Assembly (NCBI GenBank): GCA_963761335.1
Contig: CAVXGR010000018.1
Coordinates: 256,001-320,000 of the forward strand
Reading direction: 5' to 3'
DNA length: 64,000 nt
Source: an uncultured delta proteobacterium
GTDB taxonomy: Bacteria > Desulfobacterota > Binatia > HRBIN30 > BPIQ01
In this document: one piece after another, positions 12,326 through 21,683 of the stretch
Layout: the number at the start of each line of letters is the position of its first letter
How positions within the stretch are numbered: the stretch's first letter is position 1
Notes under the pieces: generated by a model
What the model was told of the DNA's origin: nothing
The model's input: only the letters and a program-made list of their open reading frames with translations
Databases searched by the model: none
Program-made: the position numbers and the translations under genes

Positions 12326-13567
12326 GTGAAGTTCTCCTCCCTCGATCTACCCGAAAGCGTCGCCCGAGGAATCGAAGCCGTTGGTTTCACCGATGCGACG
12401 CCCATTCAGGAGCGGCTTCTGCCGCTCTCGCTCTCGGGTCGGGACGTCGCCGGGCAGGCGCAGACCGGCACCGGCAAGACCGCCGCTTTTCTGATCACGG
12501 TCTTCACCCGCCTGCTGCGCACGCCGCCGCCGGTGGCGACCGAGGCGGCGCCGCGCGCCCTGGTGATTGCACCGACGCGCGAGCTGGTGGTGCAGATCCT
12601 GCGCGACGCCGATGCTCTCGGGCAGTTTACCGGCCTGCGCATGCACGCCGTCTACGGTGGCATCGACTACAAGAAGCAGCGCGACATCTTGGGGCAGGGG
12701 ACCGACATCCTCGTCGGCACGCCCGGGCGGCTGATCGACTACCTCAAGCAGCGGGTCTACACGCTGCGCCAAGTCGAGGCGCTGGTGATCGACGAGGCCG
12801 ACCGCATGTTCGACATGGGGTTCATCCCCGACCTCCGCTTTCTCATGCGGCGGCTGCCGCCGTACAACGAACGGCAGTCGATGCTCTTCTCGGCAACCCT
12901 CTCCTACCGCGTCATGGAGCTCGCCTACGAGCACATGAACGACCCGATCAAGATCGAGGTGTCGCCGGAGCAGGTGACCGCGGAGAAGGTCGAGCACGGC
13001 CTCTTCCACGTCGGCCGTCACGAGAAGCTGTCGTTGCTCCTCGGGCTGCTGAAGCGCGAGGGGCCGGACCGCACGCTGATCTTCGTCAACACCAAGCGCG
13101 AGGGCGAGCATCTCGCCGAGCGGCTGAGTGAGAACGGCTACAACGCTCGCGCCATTACCGGTGATCTCGATCAGCGCGTGCGTCTCCGCCTGATGGACGA
13201 CTTCAAGAACGATCGCCTGCCGATTCTGGTGGCCACCGACGTCGCTTCGCGCGGACTGCACATCGAAGACGTGACCCACGTGATCAACTACGACCTGCCG
13301 CAGGACGCCGAGGACTACGTGCACCGCATCGGCCGCACGGCGCGCGCCGGCGCCTCGGGGAAAGCCTTCAGCCTCGCCTGCGAGGAGTACGTGCTGGCGC
13401 TGGAGGCGATCGAGGAGTACGTCGGCTTTCGCATCCCCGTGCTCGAGCCCGACGACGGCATCTTCGTCACTCCGGTGCCCTCGCAGCGCCGCCACCACCG
13501 CGGTGATCGCAATCGCGGCCGCGGCGGCCGCCCCGGAGCCCCGCGGAGAAGGGCCCGAACCGCCTGA
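12326..13567 (+). CDS. rhlB: DEAD-box RNA helicase (RhlB-like)
   Basis: AQTGTGKT, PTREL, DEAD, SAT, HRIGRTARAG; DMGF and LAYEHMN are RhlB-like. Confidence 0.85.
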   Translation: MKFSSLDLPESVARGIEAVGFTDATPIQERLLPLSLSGRDVAGQAQTGTGKTAAFLITVFTRLLRTPPPVATEAAPRALVIAPTRELVVQILRDADALGQFTGLRMHAVYGGIDYKKQRDILGQGTDILVGTPGRLIDYLKQRVYTLRQVEALVIDEADRMFDMGFIPDLRFLMRRLPPYNERQSMLFSATLSYRVMELAYEHMNDPIKIEVSPEQVTAEKVEHGLFHVGRHEKLSLLLGLLKREGPDRTLIFVNTKREGEHLAERLSENGYNARAITGDLDQRVRLRLMDDFKNDRLPILVATDVASRGLHIEDVTHVINYDLPQDAEDYVHRIGRTARAGASGKAFSLACEEYVLALEAIEEYVGFRIPVLEPDDGIFVTPVPSQRRHHRGDRNRGRGGRPGAPRRRARTA

Positions 13568-13633
13568 AGCTTTCTGAACCCGATCCCCCTCGAACCCGTT
13601 AACCCTGAAACCCGCCAACCCGAGGACCTGCCC

Positions 13634-13837
13634 GTGTTCGGTACCATCAAGAAGATCGTCAAGGACAAGGGCTTCGGCTTCATCACCCCCGACGACGGCA
13701 GCGACGAGGTCTTCTTTCACCGCTCCGCCCTGGCGCCGCGCACCTACTTCGAGGACCTGCGCGAGGGCAACGAGGTCGAGTTCCAGGTGCGCCGCGGCGA
13801 GAAGGGCCCGCAGGCCTTCAACCTGAAGTCGCGCTGA
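13634..13837 (+). CDS. Cold-shock domain protein
   Basis: KGFGFI (RNP1), VFFH (RNP2), KGPQA; 67 aa. Confidence 0.93.
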   Translation: MFGTIKKIVKDKGFGFITPDDGSDEVFFHRSALAPRTYFEDLREGNEVEFQVRRGEKGPQAFNLKSR

Positions 13838-13935
13838 TGGCGTCGCGGAAACGCGACCTGCTTGACTCGCTGAACGACCGTTCATAGAGTCCCTCCCACT
13901 TTCCGCGGCGATTGCCGCCGCTCAGGGGTGCCATC

Positions 13936-14859
13936 GTGGGAGATATGCTGAAGGACAAGGTCGCGGTCGTCACCGGCGCCGGCCGCGGCATCGGGCGCGG
14001 CGTCGCCCTCGCACTGGCGGCCGCCGGCGCCAAGGTCGTCGTCAATGACTTCGGCGTCAACACCGACGGCAGCGCGCCGACCGAAGGGCCGGCTTTCGAC
14101 GTCGTCGCCGAGATCGAGAAGGCCGGCGGCGAGGCCGTGGCCAACACCGATTCGGTGGCCACCTGGAAGGGCGGCGAGTCGATCATCGGCGCCGCCGTCG
14201 AGCGCTTCGGGCGTATCGACATCCTGGTCACCTGTGCCGGCATCCTGCGCGACCGCATGGTCTTCAACATGAGCGAGGAGGAGTTCGACAGCGTCCTTGC
14301 CGTTCACTTGAAGGGCACCTTCAACTGCGTCCGCCACGCGGCGCCGCTGCTGCGCCAGCAGGGCTCCGGGCGCATCATCACCTTCTCCTCCGGCTCCGGC
14401 CTCTTCGGCAATCCGGGGCAGGCGAACTACGGCTCGGCGAAGGCCGGCATCAGCGGCCTCACCAAGGTGGTGGCGCGCGATCTCGGCAAGTACGGCGTGA
14501 CCTGCAACTCCATCTGCCCGGTGGCGGCGACGCGCATGACGATGACACCCGAGACGCTGCGTGCCCGCGAGATCCGCAAGCAGCAGGGGATCATTCGCGA
14601 GGAGCGGGCTCTGAACCAGCTGGAGAACTTGCAGCCGGAGGATATCGCGCCGATGGTCGTCTATCTCGCCAGCGATCTCGCCGGCGGTGTCAACGGCCAG
14701 TTCTTCCTCTGCGCCGGCAACTCCATCTCGCTCATCTCGTTGCCGCGCGCGGTGAACACCATCTTCAAGGACGGTCGCTGGACGCTCGACGAGCTCGATG
14801 AGCTCGTGCCGCAGACGTTGGCCCAGGGCCTGGTCAACCCGGCGCCGCCGAAGGCGTGA
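13936..14859 (+). CDS. SDR family oxidoreductase (MFE-2/3-hydroxyacyl-CoA dehydrogenase-like)
   Basis: TGAGRGIG, VVVND, AGILRDRM, GQANYGSAK. Confidence 0.9.
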   Translation: MGDMLKDKVAVVTGAGRGIGRGVALALAAAGAKVVVNDFGVNTDGSAPTEGPAFDVVAEIEKAGGEAVANTDSVATWKGGESIIGAAVERFGRIDILVTCAGILRDRMVFNMSEEEFDSVLAVHLKGTFNCVRHAAPLLRQQGSGRIITFSSGSGLFGNPGQANYGSAKAGISGLTKVVARDLGKYGVTCNSICPVAATRMTMTPETLRAREIRKQQGIIREERALNQLENLQPEDIAPMVVYLASDLAGGVNGQFFLCAGNSISLISLPRAVNTIFKDGRWTLDELDELVPQTLAQGLVNPAPPKA

Positions 14860-14885
14860 GCGCCGCACCGCGAGAGGGAACATCC

Positions 14886-15812
14886 ATGGGTGAACGACTG
14901 AAGGGGAAGGTGGCGCTGGTGACTGGCGCCGGCCGAGGCATCGGGCGCGGCGTCGCCCTGCTGCTCGCCGAAGAAGGAGCGGCGGTGGTCGTCAACGACC
15001 TCGGCGCCAGCGTCGATGGCAGCGAGCCCACCAGCGGCCCCGCCGACGAGGTGGTGGCGGCGATCCACGCTGCGGGAGGCCGTGCCGCGGTCAGCTACGA
15101 CAGCGTCGCCGATTTTGCCGCGGCCGAGCGCATGGTGAGCGGCGCGGTGAAGCAGTTCGGGCGGCTCGACATTCTCGTCAACGTCGCCGGCATTCTCCGC
15201 GACCGCATGATCTTCAACCTGAGCGAGGACGACTGGGACAGCGTCATCGCCGTGCATCTGAAGGGCACCTTCAACACCACCCGCCACGCCTCCGCCGTCA
15301 TGCGCCAGCAGCGCTGCGGCCGCATCATCAACTTCTCGTCGACCTCGGGTCTGTACGGCAACCCGGGGCAGGCCAACTACGGCGCCGCCAAGGACGGGAT
15401 CGCCGGCCTGACGCGGGTGACCTCGCGCGATCTGGGCAAGTACGGCATCACCGTCAACGCCATTGCGCCGGTGGCGGCGACGCGCATGACGGCTACCGTC
15501 AGCGACCGGGCCCGCTCCCTGCGCCAGCAGCGCGGCATCGTCAGCGTCACCACGGCGTCGGGGTTGCCGAGCCTGCGCATGGAGCCGGAAGACGTGGCGC
15601 CCTTCGTCGTCTATCTGGCCACCGACGCGGCGGCCGAGATCAACGGACAGACCTTCTTCGTCATGGGCGGCGTCGTCTCGCTGCTCAACTACCCGGCGCC
15701 GGCGCGCACCATCACCAAGGCCGAGCGCTGGACCCCCGAGGAGATCGCCGCACTCTTCCCGCGCACCCTGGGCATGGATCTGGTCAACCCGGCGCCACCG
15801 CGGAAGGACTAG
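14886..15812 (+). CDS. SDR family oxidoreductase, tandem paralog
   Basis: TGAGRGIG, NVAGILRDRM, GQANYGAAK; shares the LVNPAPP C-terminus with the upstream SDR. Confidence 0.9.
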   Translation: MGERLKGKVALVTGAGRGIGRGVALLLAEEGAAVVVNDLGASVDGSEPTSGPADEVVAAIHAAGGRAAVSYDSVADFAAAERMVSGAVKQFGRLDILVNVAGILRDRMIFNLSEDDWDSVIAVHLKGTFNTTRHASAVMRQQRCGRIINFSSTSGLYGNPGQANYGAAKDGIAGLTRVTSRDLGKYGITVNAIAPVAATRMTATVSDRARSLRQQRGIVSVTTASGLPSLRMEPEDVAPFVVYLATDAAAEINGQTFFVMGGVVSLLNYPAPARTITKAERWTPEEIAALFPRTLGMDLVNPAPPRKD

Positions 15813-15876
15813 AGATAGTTGCGGAGTGCGCGGGCACTCCGGCCGCGCGCGGCCATCCGCGGCACTGACTGCTTGC

Positions 15877-15947
15877 GGGGACAGGCAACTTTTGCGCGCG
15901 CGGCATCAGTCCGGCGAGAGCCTGATGGGTAAAAGTAGCCTGTCCCC
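15877..15947. repeat. GGGGACAGG REP-like palindrome overlapping the predicted start of the next CDS
   Basis: GGGGACAGGCAACTTTT...AAAAGTAGCCTGTCCCC. Confidence 0.8.
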
Positions 15948-17664
15948 ATTCTTCTGCCTCATCCCTGTCGCCGCGGCGCTGCTGACCTATGCGGCAGCGG
16001 CGCACAACGGCTTCGTCTGGGACGATCCGCTCGTCCTGCGGCAGCTGCGCGCCATTCACGGCGTTGGCGATCTGCTGGTGGTGCCGCCGGAGATCCCGCG
16101 CCTCTACTACCGGCCGCTGGTCTTTGCCTCCTATCTCCTCGACCGCGCCCTCGGCGGTGAGAGCCCCTTCTGGTTCCACGCCTCGGTGATCGCGGTGCAT
16201 GCTCTGGGCTCGGCGCTGGTCTTCATGCTGGCCTTCGTCCTCTTCGGCGCGGGGGGAGACGCGGATCGCCGCCCCGGCGAGCCGCTGCTGTTCGCGCTGG
16301 TGGCGGGCGTGCTCTTCGCCGTGCATCCGGCCCACGTCGAATCGGTGGCCTGGATGGCGGGGCGCTCGGACGTGCTCGCCGGCGCACTGCTGCTCGCGGC
16401 GATTCTTCTCTTCGCCGGCGAGGGGGAGGTGCGTCCGTGGTTCGCCGCTGCGTGCTGGCTGCTGGCGCTGCTGGCCAAGGAGGCCGCGGTGCTCGGCATC
16501 GCGCTCTTCCCGCTGCTCGACTGGACACTCGGCCGGCGTTGGCGCTGGCGGCGCGCCGTTCCGCTGCTGGTGGCGCTCCTTCTGTATGTGGCTCTGCGTC
16601 AGCTGGGGGTCGGCATGATCGGCGAGCCGGTCTCGCCGCAGTGGGGCTCACCGCTGGGGGTGCTGGAGGCGCTTGGGTTCTATTGCCTGAAGATGCTTCT
16701 GCCGCTTCGCCAGAGCGTCTTCGTCGAGGCGGTGCCGGACTCGACGGCACTGGCGGTGCTCGGCGGCGCTGCGATCCTGGCTTTCGCGGCGCTTTTGGTG
16801 TGGTCCATCCGCCGCAGCGACCGCGTCGTCGTCTTTGCTCTCGGCTGGATCGCCGCGACATTGGCGCCGGCGCTGATCCTGGTCCTGCGGCACATCGCCA
16901 CCGCCGCGGTGGCCGAGCGCTATCTGTACATTCCCTCGGTCGGTGCCGTCGTTCTCGTCGCCTGGGGCGCGGCCGAGCTGTGCCGCCGGCGCCCGGGGCT
17001 GCGGACGGCATTGCTGTCGGCCTTGGCGCTGCTGGTTGTGACCGGCATGTGGAGCAGTGCTCGCCGCAGCCGCACTTGGTCGAATGACCTGTACTTCTGG
17101 GCCTCGGCGGCCGCCTCGTCGCCGGCGGCCCTGCCGCAGCGCGAGCTGGCCGATGCCTATCTGCGACGCGGCGATCTCGGCGCCGCGGAGAGTGCCTATC
17201 GGATCGCCCTCGAGCGTCCCGGAAGCATCGAGGACCGCGTCATGACCCTCACCAACCTCGGCAATCTCTACCGCCGCCGCGACCGCGTCGACGCCGCCGT
17301 CGAGGCGTTCCGCAAGGCCGCGGAGCTGCGGCCGCATCCACTCATCTATCACGACCTCGGCCTGGCACTGATGCGCCAGGCCGAGCTGGCGCAGAAGGCC
17401 GGTGATCAGGCCGCCGTGGTGCGCGCCGTGGAGGCCGCCCGCGAGGCGCTGCAGCGAGCCCTCGACCTCGGCGCGCGCACCGCGGATCCGGCGCTCTATC
17501 GCGGCTGGGAGCCGGCGAAGACGCACATTCTTCTCGGACAGGTTCTGCAGTCGCTCGGCAGGAGAGAAGAGGCCCGCCGGCAATTCGAGGAGGGTATCCG
17601 CCTCGATCCGCAGAGCCGCGTCGCCGATCTGGCGCGACAGTCGCTGCAACAGCTCGGGCCGTGA
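15925..17664 (+). CDS. GT-C fold membrane glycosyltransferase with C-terminal TPRs (TMTC-like)
   Basis: FVWDD, YYRPL, AVHPAHVESVAW..GRSD, AKE, AERYLY, then TPR repeats. Start uncertain. Confidence 0.8.
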   Translation: MGKSSLSPFFCLIPVAAALLTYAAAAHNGFVWDDPLVLRQLRAIHGVGDLLVVPPEIPRLYYRPLVFASYLLDRALGGESPFWFHASVIAVHALGSALVFMLAFVLFGAGGDADRRPGEPLLFALVAGVLFAVHPAHVESVAWMAGRSDVLAGALLLAAILLFAGEGEVRPWFAAACWLLALLAKEAAVLGIALFPLLDWTLGRRWRWRRAVPLLVALLLYVALRQLGVGMIGEPVSPQWGSPLGVLEALGFYCLKMLLPLRQSVFVEAVPDSTALAVLGGAAILAFAALLVWSIRRSDRVVVFALGWIAATLAPALILVLRHIATAAVAERYLYIPSVGAVVLVAWGAAELCRRRPGLRTALLSALALLVVTGMWSSARRSRTWSNDLYFWASAAASSPAALPQRELADAYLRRGDLGAAESAYRIALERPGSIEDRVMTLTNLGNLYRRRDRVDAAVEAFRKAAELRPHPLIYHDLGLALMRQAELAQKAGDQAAVVRAVEAAREALQRALDLGARTADPALYRGWEPAKTHILLGQVLQSLGRREEARRQFEEGIRLDPQSRVADLARQSLQQLGP

Positions 17665-17673
17665 GCTCTTGGA

Positions 17674-17710
17674 GGTTGGCCCCTCCGGGCCATCCGGAGG
17701 GGCCAACTTT
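17674..17710 (+). terminator. Intrinsic terminator-like hairpin
   Basis: GTTGGCCCCTCCGG-GCCAT-CCGGAGGGGCCAAC-TTT just after the stop codon. Confidence 0.7.
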
Positions 17711-17835
17711 GGGGGGAGCCCCGTGCCGGTGCCCAATGCGGCTCAGCCGTGCACGGAGCCCTTTGGGAGTCTGCACAGTAGCTCGCCAGTGTTAGCGCAC
17801 TGTTACGGCCTGATGAAGATCGCGCGGCAGAGGGT

Positions 17836-17929
17836 GGTTCGGTGGCTCAGTTTCTCGGTGGCTCGGTTGTCGGGTTATCGGGGACCCGCCAACCCGCAAA
17901 CGCGCCAACCCGATAACCGAGCCACACCG
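17836..17929. repeat. 8-nt-unit palindrome (family A)
   Basis: CTCGGTGGCTCGGTTGTCGGGTTATCGG...CCCGATAACCGAGCCAC. Confidence 0.75.
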
Positions 17930-17984
17930 AAAGCTTTTCCCCGCCGCTCTTTCTGCCTATAGAGTGAGGCGCGAGGAGGGAGCC

Positions 17985-19196
17985 ATGCTGAGCATTCTCG
18001 AGGGCGTCCGGCTGGTCGAGGTCGCCGACTGGGGTTTCGTGCCGTCGGCGGGTACGGTGATCGGCGACTGGGGTGCCGACGTCATCAAGATCGAGCATCC
18101 GCGCCGCGGCGATCCGATGCGCGGCCTGATCACCTCCGGGATCATTCCCGGCGCCTCCGGCGCCAACTTCTTCATCGAGCAGCTGGGGCGCAACAAGCGC
18201 AGCGTCGGCATCGACCTGAACACCGACTCCGGCCGCGAGGCTCTCTATCGCCTGGTGAAGAACGCCGACATCTTTCTCACCAACTATCTGCCCGAGGCGC
18301 GCCAGCGACTGAAGATCACCTACGAGGACCTTCGCCCTCTCAACCCGCGCCTGATCTACGCCAAGGGGCACGGACAGGGACAGCGCGGTCCCGACGCCAA
18401 CAAGGGCGGCTACGACGGCGTCTCCTTCTGGGCGCGCGGCGGCATCGCCGATCGGCTCACACCGCCCGGCCAGCCGCTGCTGATGCAGCGGCCGGCCTTC
18501 GGCGATTTCATCGGCGGCATGTTCATCGCCGGCGGCATCGCCGCGGCGCTCTACAACCGGGAGCGCACCGGCAACGGCATGGAGGTGGACGCCTCGCTGC
18601 TCGGCAACGCCGTGTGGATCATGTCGCCCGACATCGTCGCGGCGATGACCTACGGCTTCGACCTGCCGCAGTCGGGCGTCGGGGTGCCGCCCAACCCACT
18701 AGTGAACACCTACTGGTCGCGGGACGGCAAGGGCATCACTCTGATGATGCTGCAGGGCGATCGTTTCTGGCCGATCTTCTGCAAGGCGATCTCGCGCCAG
18801 GATCTGCTCGAGGACCCACGCTTCAACCCGCCCGAGCAGCGGCACCGCCACGGCTCCGAGCTGGTCGAAGTGCTGAAGGAGATCTTCGCCACCAAGGACC
18901 GCATCGAATGGGCGGAGATCCTGCGGGCCTCCGAGTGCATCTGGGGGCCGGTGCAGACTCCGAGCGAGGTGCCCAGCGATCCACAGGTCGAGGCCAACCA
19001 GTACATCATGAAGTTCGAGCATCCGAGCTTCGGCCCCTTCCGCGTCGCCGCCAGCCCGCTGCAGTTCGACGGCCAGGCCCCCGAGGTCCGCCGACCCGCC
19101 TCCGACGCGGGCGTGCACACCGAGGAGGTACTCCTCGAGGCCGGCTACACCTGGGAGGATCTGGCGCGCATGAAGGAGGAGAAGGCGATCTCGTAG
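17985..19196 (+). CDS. Family III CoA-transferase (CaiB/BaiF)
   Basis: LEGVRLVE, DWGADVIKIEHP..GDPMR, RNKRS, NPRLIY, GD catalytic Asp region, GVHTEEVL. Confidence 0.92.
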   Translation: MLSILEGVRLVEVADWGFVPSAGTVIGDWGADVIKIEHPRRGDPMRGLITSGIIPGASGANFFIEQLGRNKRSVGIDLNTDSGREALYRLVKNADIFLTNYLPEARQRLKITYEDLRPLNPRLIYAKGHGQGQRGPDANKGGYDGVSFWARGGIADRLTPPGQPLLMQRPAFGDFIGGMFIAGGIAAALYNRERTGNGMEVDASLLGNAVWIMSPDIVAAMTYGFDLPQSGVGVPPNPLVNTYWSRDGKGITLMMLQGDRFWPIFCKAISRQDLLEDPRFNPPEQRHRHGSELVEVLKEIFATKDRIEWAEILRASECIWGPVQTPSEVPSDPQVEANQYIMKFEHPSFGPFRVAASPLQFDGQAPEVRRPASDAGVHTEEVLLEAGYTWEDLARMKEEKAIS

Positions 19197-19205
19197 GGAA
19201 GGATG

Positions 19206-19857
19206 GGGGACAGGCTACTTTTGTAGCTGCCGCAGCTTCATTCAGTCACAGATCCTCGTCTGCAAAAGTTGCCTGCTTCGAAAATCTGTTGGGTGTGCGC
19301 TTCGGGGGCGCGTTCCCTCTCCCGCATCTTCTCGCGGGAAGAGGGCCAGGGTGAGGGCGCCGATCTCTTTGAAGGCCGTGGAGATTCACCTAGCTTTCAG
19401 TGAGACAGGAACCCCTCACCTTGATCCTCTCCCCGCGGAAAGATGCGGGGAGAGGAGACCCGCCCCCGCGGCGCGGAAGTATCATCGCAAGCGTCTGACC
19501 GGTGAATCAGGACGCCGTCCATTTTCATCGTCTACTGGCGAGCCGTAAGGCTCATGACGCACTGCTTCGAAAATCTGTTGGGTGTGCGCTTCGGGGGCGC
19601 GTTCCCTCTCCCGCATTACTTTGGCGGGAGAGGGTCAGGGTGAGGGTGCCGATCTCTGTGAAGGCCGTGGAGATTCACGAGCTTTCAGTGAGACAGGAAC
19701 CCCTCACCTTGATCCTCTCCCCGCGGAAAGATGCGGGGAGAGGAGACCCGCCCCCGCGGCGCGGAAGTATCATCGCAAGCGTCTGACCGGTGAATCAGGA
19801 CGCCGTCCATTTTCATCGTCTACGGGCGAGCCGCAAGGCTCATGAGGCACTGTCCCC
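19206..19857. repeat. GGGGACAGG REP palindrome whose right arm is split by an insertion
   Basis: Left arm 19206-19223; right arm CAAAAGTTGCCTG (19263-19275) resumes as TCCCC at 19853-19857. Confidence 0.75.
19276..19852. mobile_element. Tandem dimer of a ~289-bp non-coding mini-element
   Basis: Near-identical units at 19276-19564 and 19565-19852, each CTTCGAAAAT...ATTTTCATC...GCACTG; CTG at all three junctions. Confidence 0.75.
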
Positions 19858-20995
19858 TTGCGGCCGCCAAGCTGGCGCTCCCGGCCTCCGTCACCACCAC
19901 CCCCGGCGGATCCGCCGCCGGCGCCAGGAAGGCGTCGAAGCGGCCGTCGCCGGCGACCCGGTGCAGCAGGAAGGGAATGGCGTAGCGCAGCACGTAGAGA
20001 TGCGCCTGCGCCTGCGACAAGGTGCCCGGGCTGCAGTCGGGCAATCCCGGGAAGCAGCCATCGGAAAAGGCGAAGTGACCGGTGTCGAGGATGTCGACGA
20101 GGACTTTGGGCGGAGCGAGGAGGTCGTAGGTCGCCCGGGCGTTGGCGTCGAACGGCGTGACCGTGTCGGCGGATCCGTCCTGCACCATCATCGGAATGGA
20201 GATGGCGGACACCAGGCTCTGGACCGGCGACAGTGCCGGCGCCAGGGCCAGGCCGGCGATCACCCGCGGATCGTCGGCGCAGACGCGCAGCGTCGTCTGC
20301 CCGCCGAAGGAGTGACCCGACATGCCGATGCGGCTCGGGTCGATGGCGCCGTACAGAGACGAGCCGGGCTCGCCGTTCAATGTGAGCAGCGAATCGATCA
20401 CGAAGGTGATGTCGGCTTCGCGGTTGAGGAAGGAGTCGACCTGCTCCGCCGGTGTCCCACAGGTGGGGAAGTCGTAGAGCTCGTTTCCCGGATGCGGCGG
20501 GGCGGCGACGATGAAGCCATAGGAGGCGATCAGGGGCGTCAGGAACAGGGACTGCTCGGGGAAGCCGCACGATCCATGCGAGAAGATCACCAGGGGCAGG
20601 CTCTGGGCCCCCGCCGCCAGCGGCGCGTCGACGACTCCGCCGAGTGCCGCGTCGACCTCGCCGGCGGTCTCGTCGGTCGGGTACCAGATGTCCGTCTCTA
20701 GCGGCCGCGGCGCGCCGGTGGTGACCGACTGCTTGGTGAAGGTGATTTGCGTGACGCCGACGCGGAACGACCCCGGCTCGGTGGGGCTCTGCCGTCCGAG
20801 CAGCACGCCGGAGACGTCGGCGGCGGTCGCCAGCCCGTCCGCGTTCACGTCTCCCGCCACGTCGCCGGCGTCTCCGTCGAAGACCATGTCGATCGTCGGT
20901 AGCGGATCCGTGCGTCCGAGCGCCGGCCCGTACGCCAAAGCAATCGCCCCGAGCGCCAGCAGCAAGGGGATGCGTCTCATTTCGTGGTTGTGCAT
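19820..20995 (-). CDS. Secreted alpha/beta hydrolase (dienelactone hydrolase/PAF-AH-like) with an N-terminal dockerin-like motif
   Basis: Signal peptide, GDVNADGLATAADV, PLVIFSHG, GHSFGG, GSAD, GHFAFSD. Stop codon lies inside the mini-element. Confidence 0.85.
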   Translation of the reverse strand: MHNHEMRRIPLLLALGAIALAYGPALGRTDPLPTIDMVFDGDAGDVAGDVNADGLATAADVSGVLLGRQSPTEPGSFRVGVTQITFTKQSVTTGAPRPLETDIWYPTDETAGEVDAALGGVVDAPLAAGAQSLPLVIFSHGSCGFPEQSLFLTPLIASYGFIVAAPPHPGNELYDFPTCGTPAEQVDSFLNREADITFVIDSLLTLNGEPGSSLYGAIDPSRIGMSGHSFGGQTTLRVCADDPRVIAGLALAPALSPVQSLVSAISIPMMVQDGSADTVTPFDANARATYDLLAPPKVLVDILDTGHFAFSDGCFPGLPDCSPGTLSQAQAHLYVLRYAIPFLLHRVAGDGRFDAFLAPAADPPGVVVTEAGSASLAAARGQCLMSLAARP

Positions 20996-21117
20996 TGCTC
21001 TGCGCGCCGCGCTTGTCAACGGAAGGGCATTGATGGCATTGCACCCTGCACGAGGCTCCGGCGGCGTCAAAGGACACTGTCGGAATGGTCCAACATGGCA
21101 GAGGAGTAGACGGAGCG

Positions 21118-21564
21118 TTGACGCAGTTTATCGAGACCGTCGATATCGATTGTCCCGTGTCGCGGGTGTGGCGGGCGCTCACCGTCCCGGAGGAGGTGGT
21201 GGCGTGGGATGGCGGTGTGCAGGAAGCGCTGGATGCGCCGCCGGACTACCCGCGTCCCGGACAGTACGTGCGCTGGCGCTACCGCCTCGGGCGGCTGCCG
21301 CTCATCCTTCACGACCGCCCGTCCGAGGTGCTGGAGAACAAAACCCTGCGCTCCAATATCCGCCTGGGGCCTTTTCAGTTCGACGAGACCTATACGCTCG
21401 AGTCACGCGACCCGACGCACACCAGGCTCTCCGCCCGACTCCAGGTCACTTCGCCGGTGCCGGTGCTGGGCCCCTGGCTGGCGCGTTGGCCCGGAGGGCC
21501 GCTGGCCCAGTCCACGGTCCGCGGCTCGCTCGCTGCAATCAAGATCCACTGCGAGACGGGCTGA
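21118..21564 (+). CDS. SRPBCC (START/polyketide cyclase-like) family protein
   Basis: IDCPVSRVWRALT.PE...W N-terminal motif. Start TTG 21118 or ATG 21085. Confidence 0.75.
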   Translation: MTQFIETVDIDCPVSRVWRALTVPEEVVAWDGGVQEALDAPPDYPRPGQYVRWRYRLGRLPLILHDRPSEVLENKTLRSNIRLGPFQFDETYTLESRDPTHTRLSARLQVTSPVPVLGPWLARWPGGPLAQSTVRGSLAAIKIHCETG

Positions 21565-21683
21565 GGGAAGCAGCGACCGCCTCGCCGGGAGCGCGGCCAT
21601 CTTGGCCGTCTCTTTTCTCTGACGGCAGATTGCGGCGGGGACGGCCGCGCTCCCAGATGCTCCGTCCAGCTTCGGCGCTCTCG

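Noticed and set aside
19351..19845. Small ORFs within the 289-bp units (PLTLILSP-type peptides)
   Set aside because: Translations of REP hairpins; frames are not preserved between the copies.
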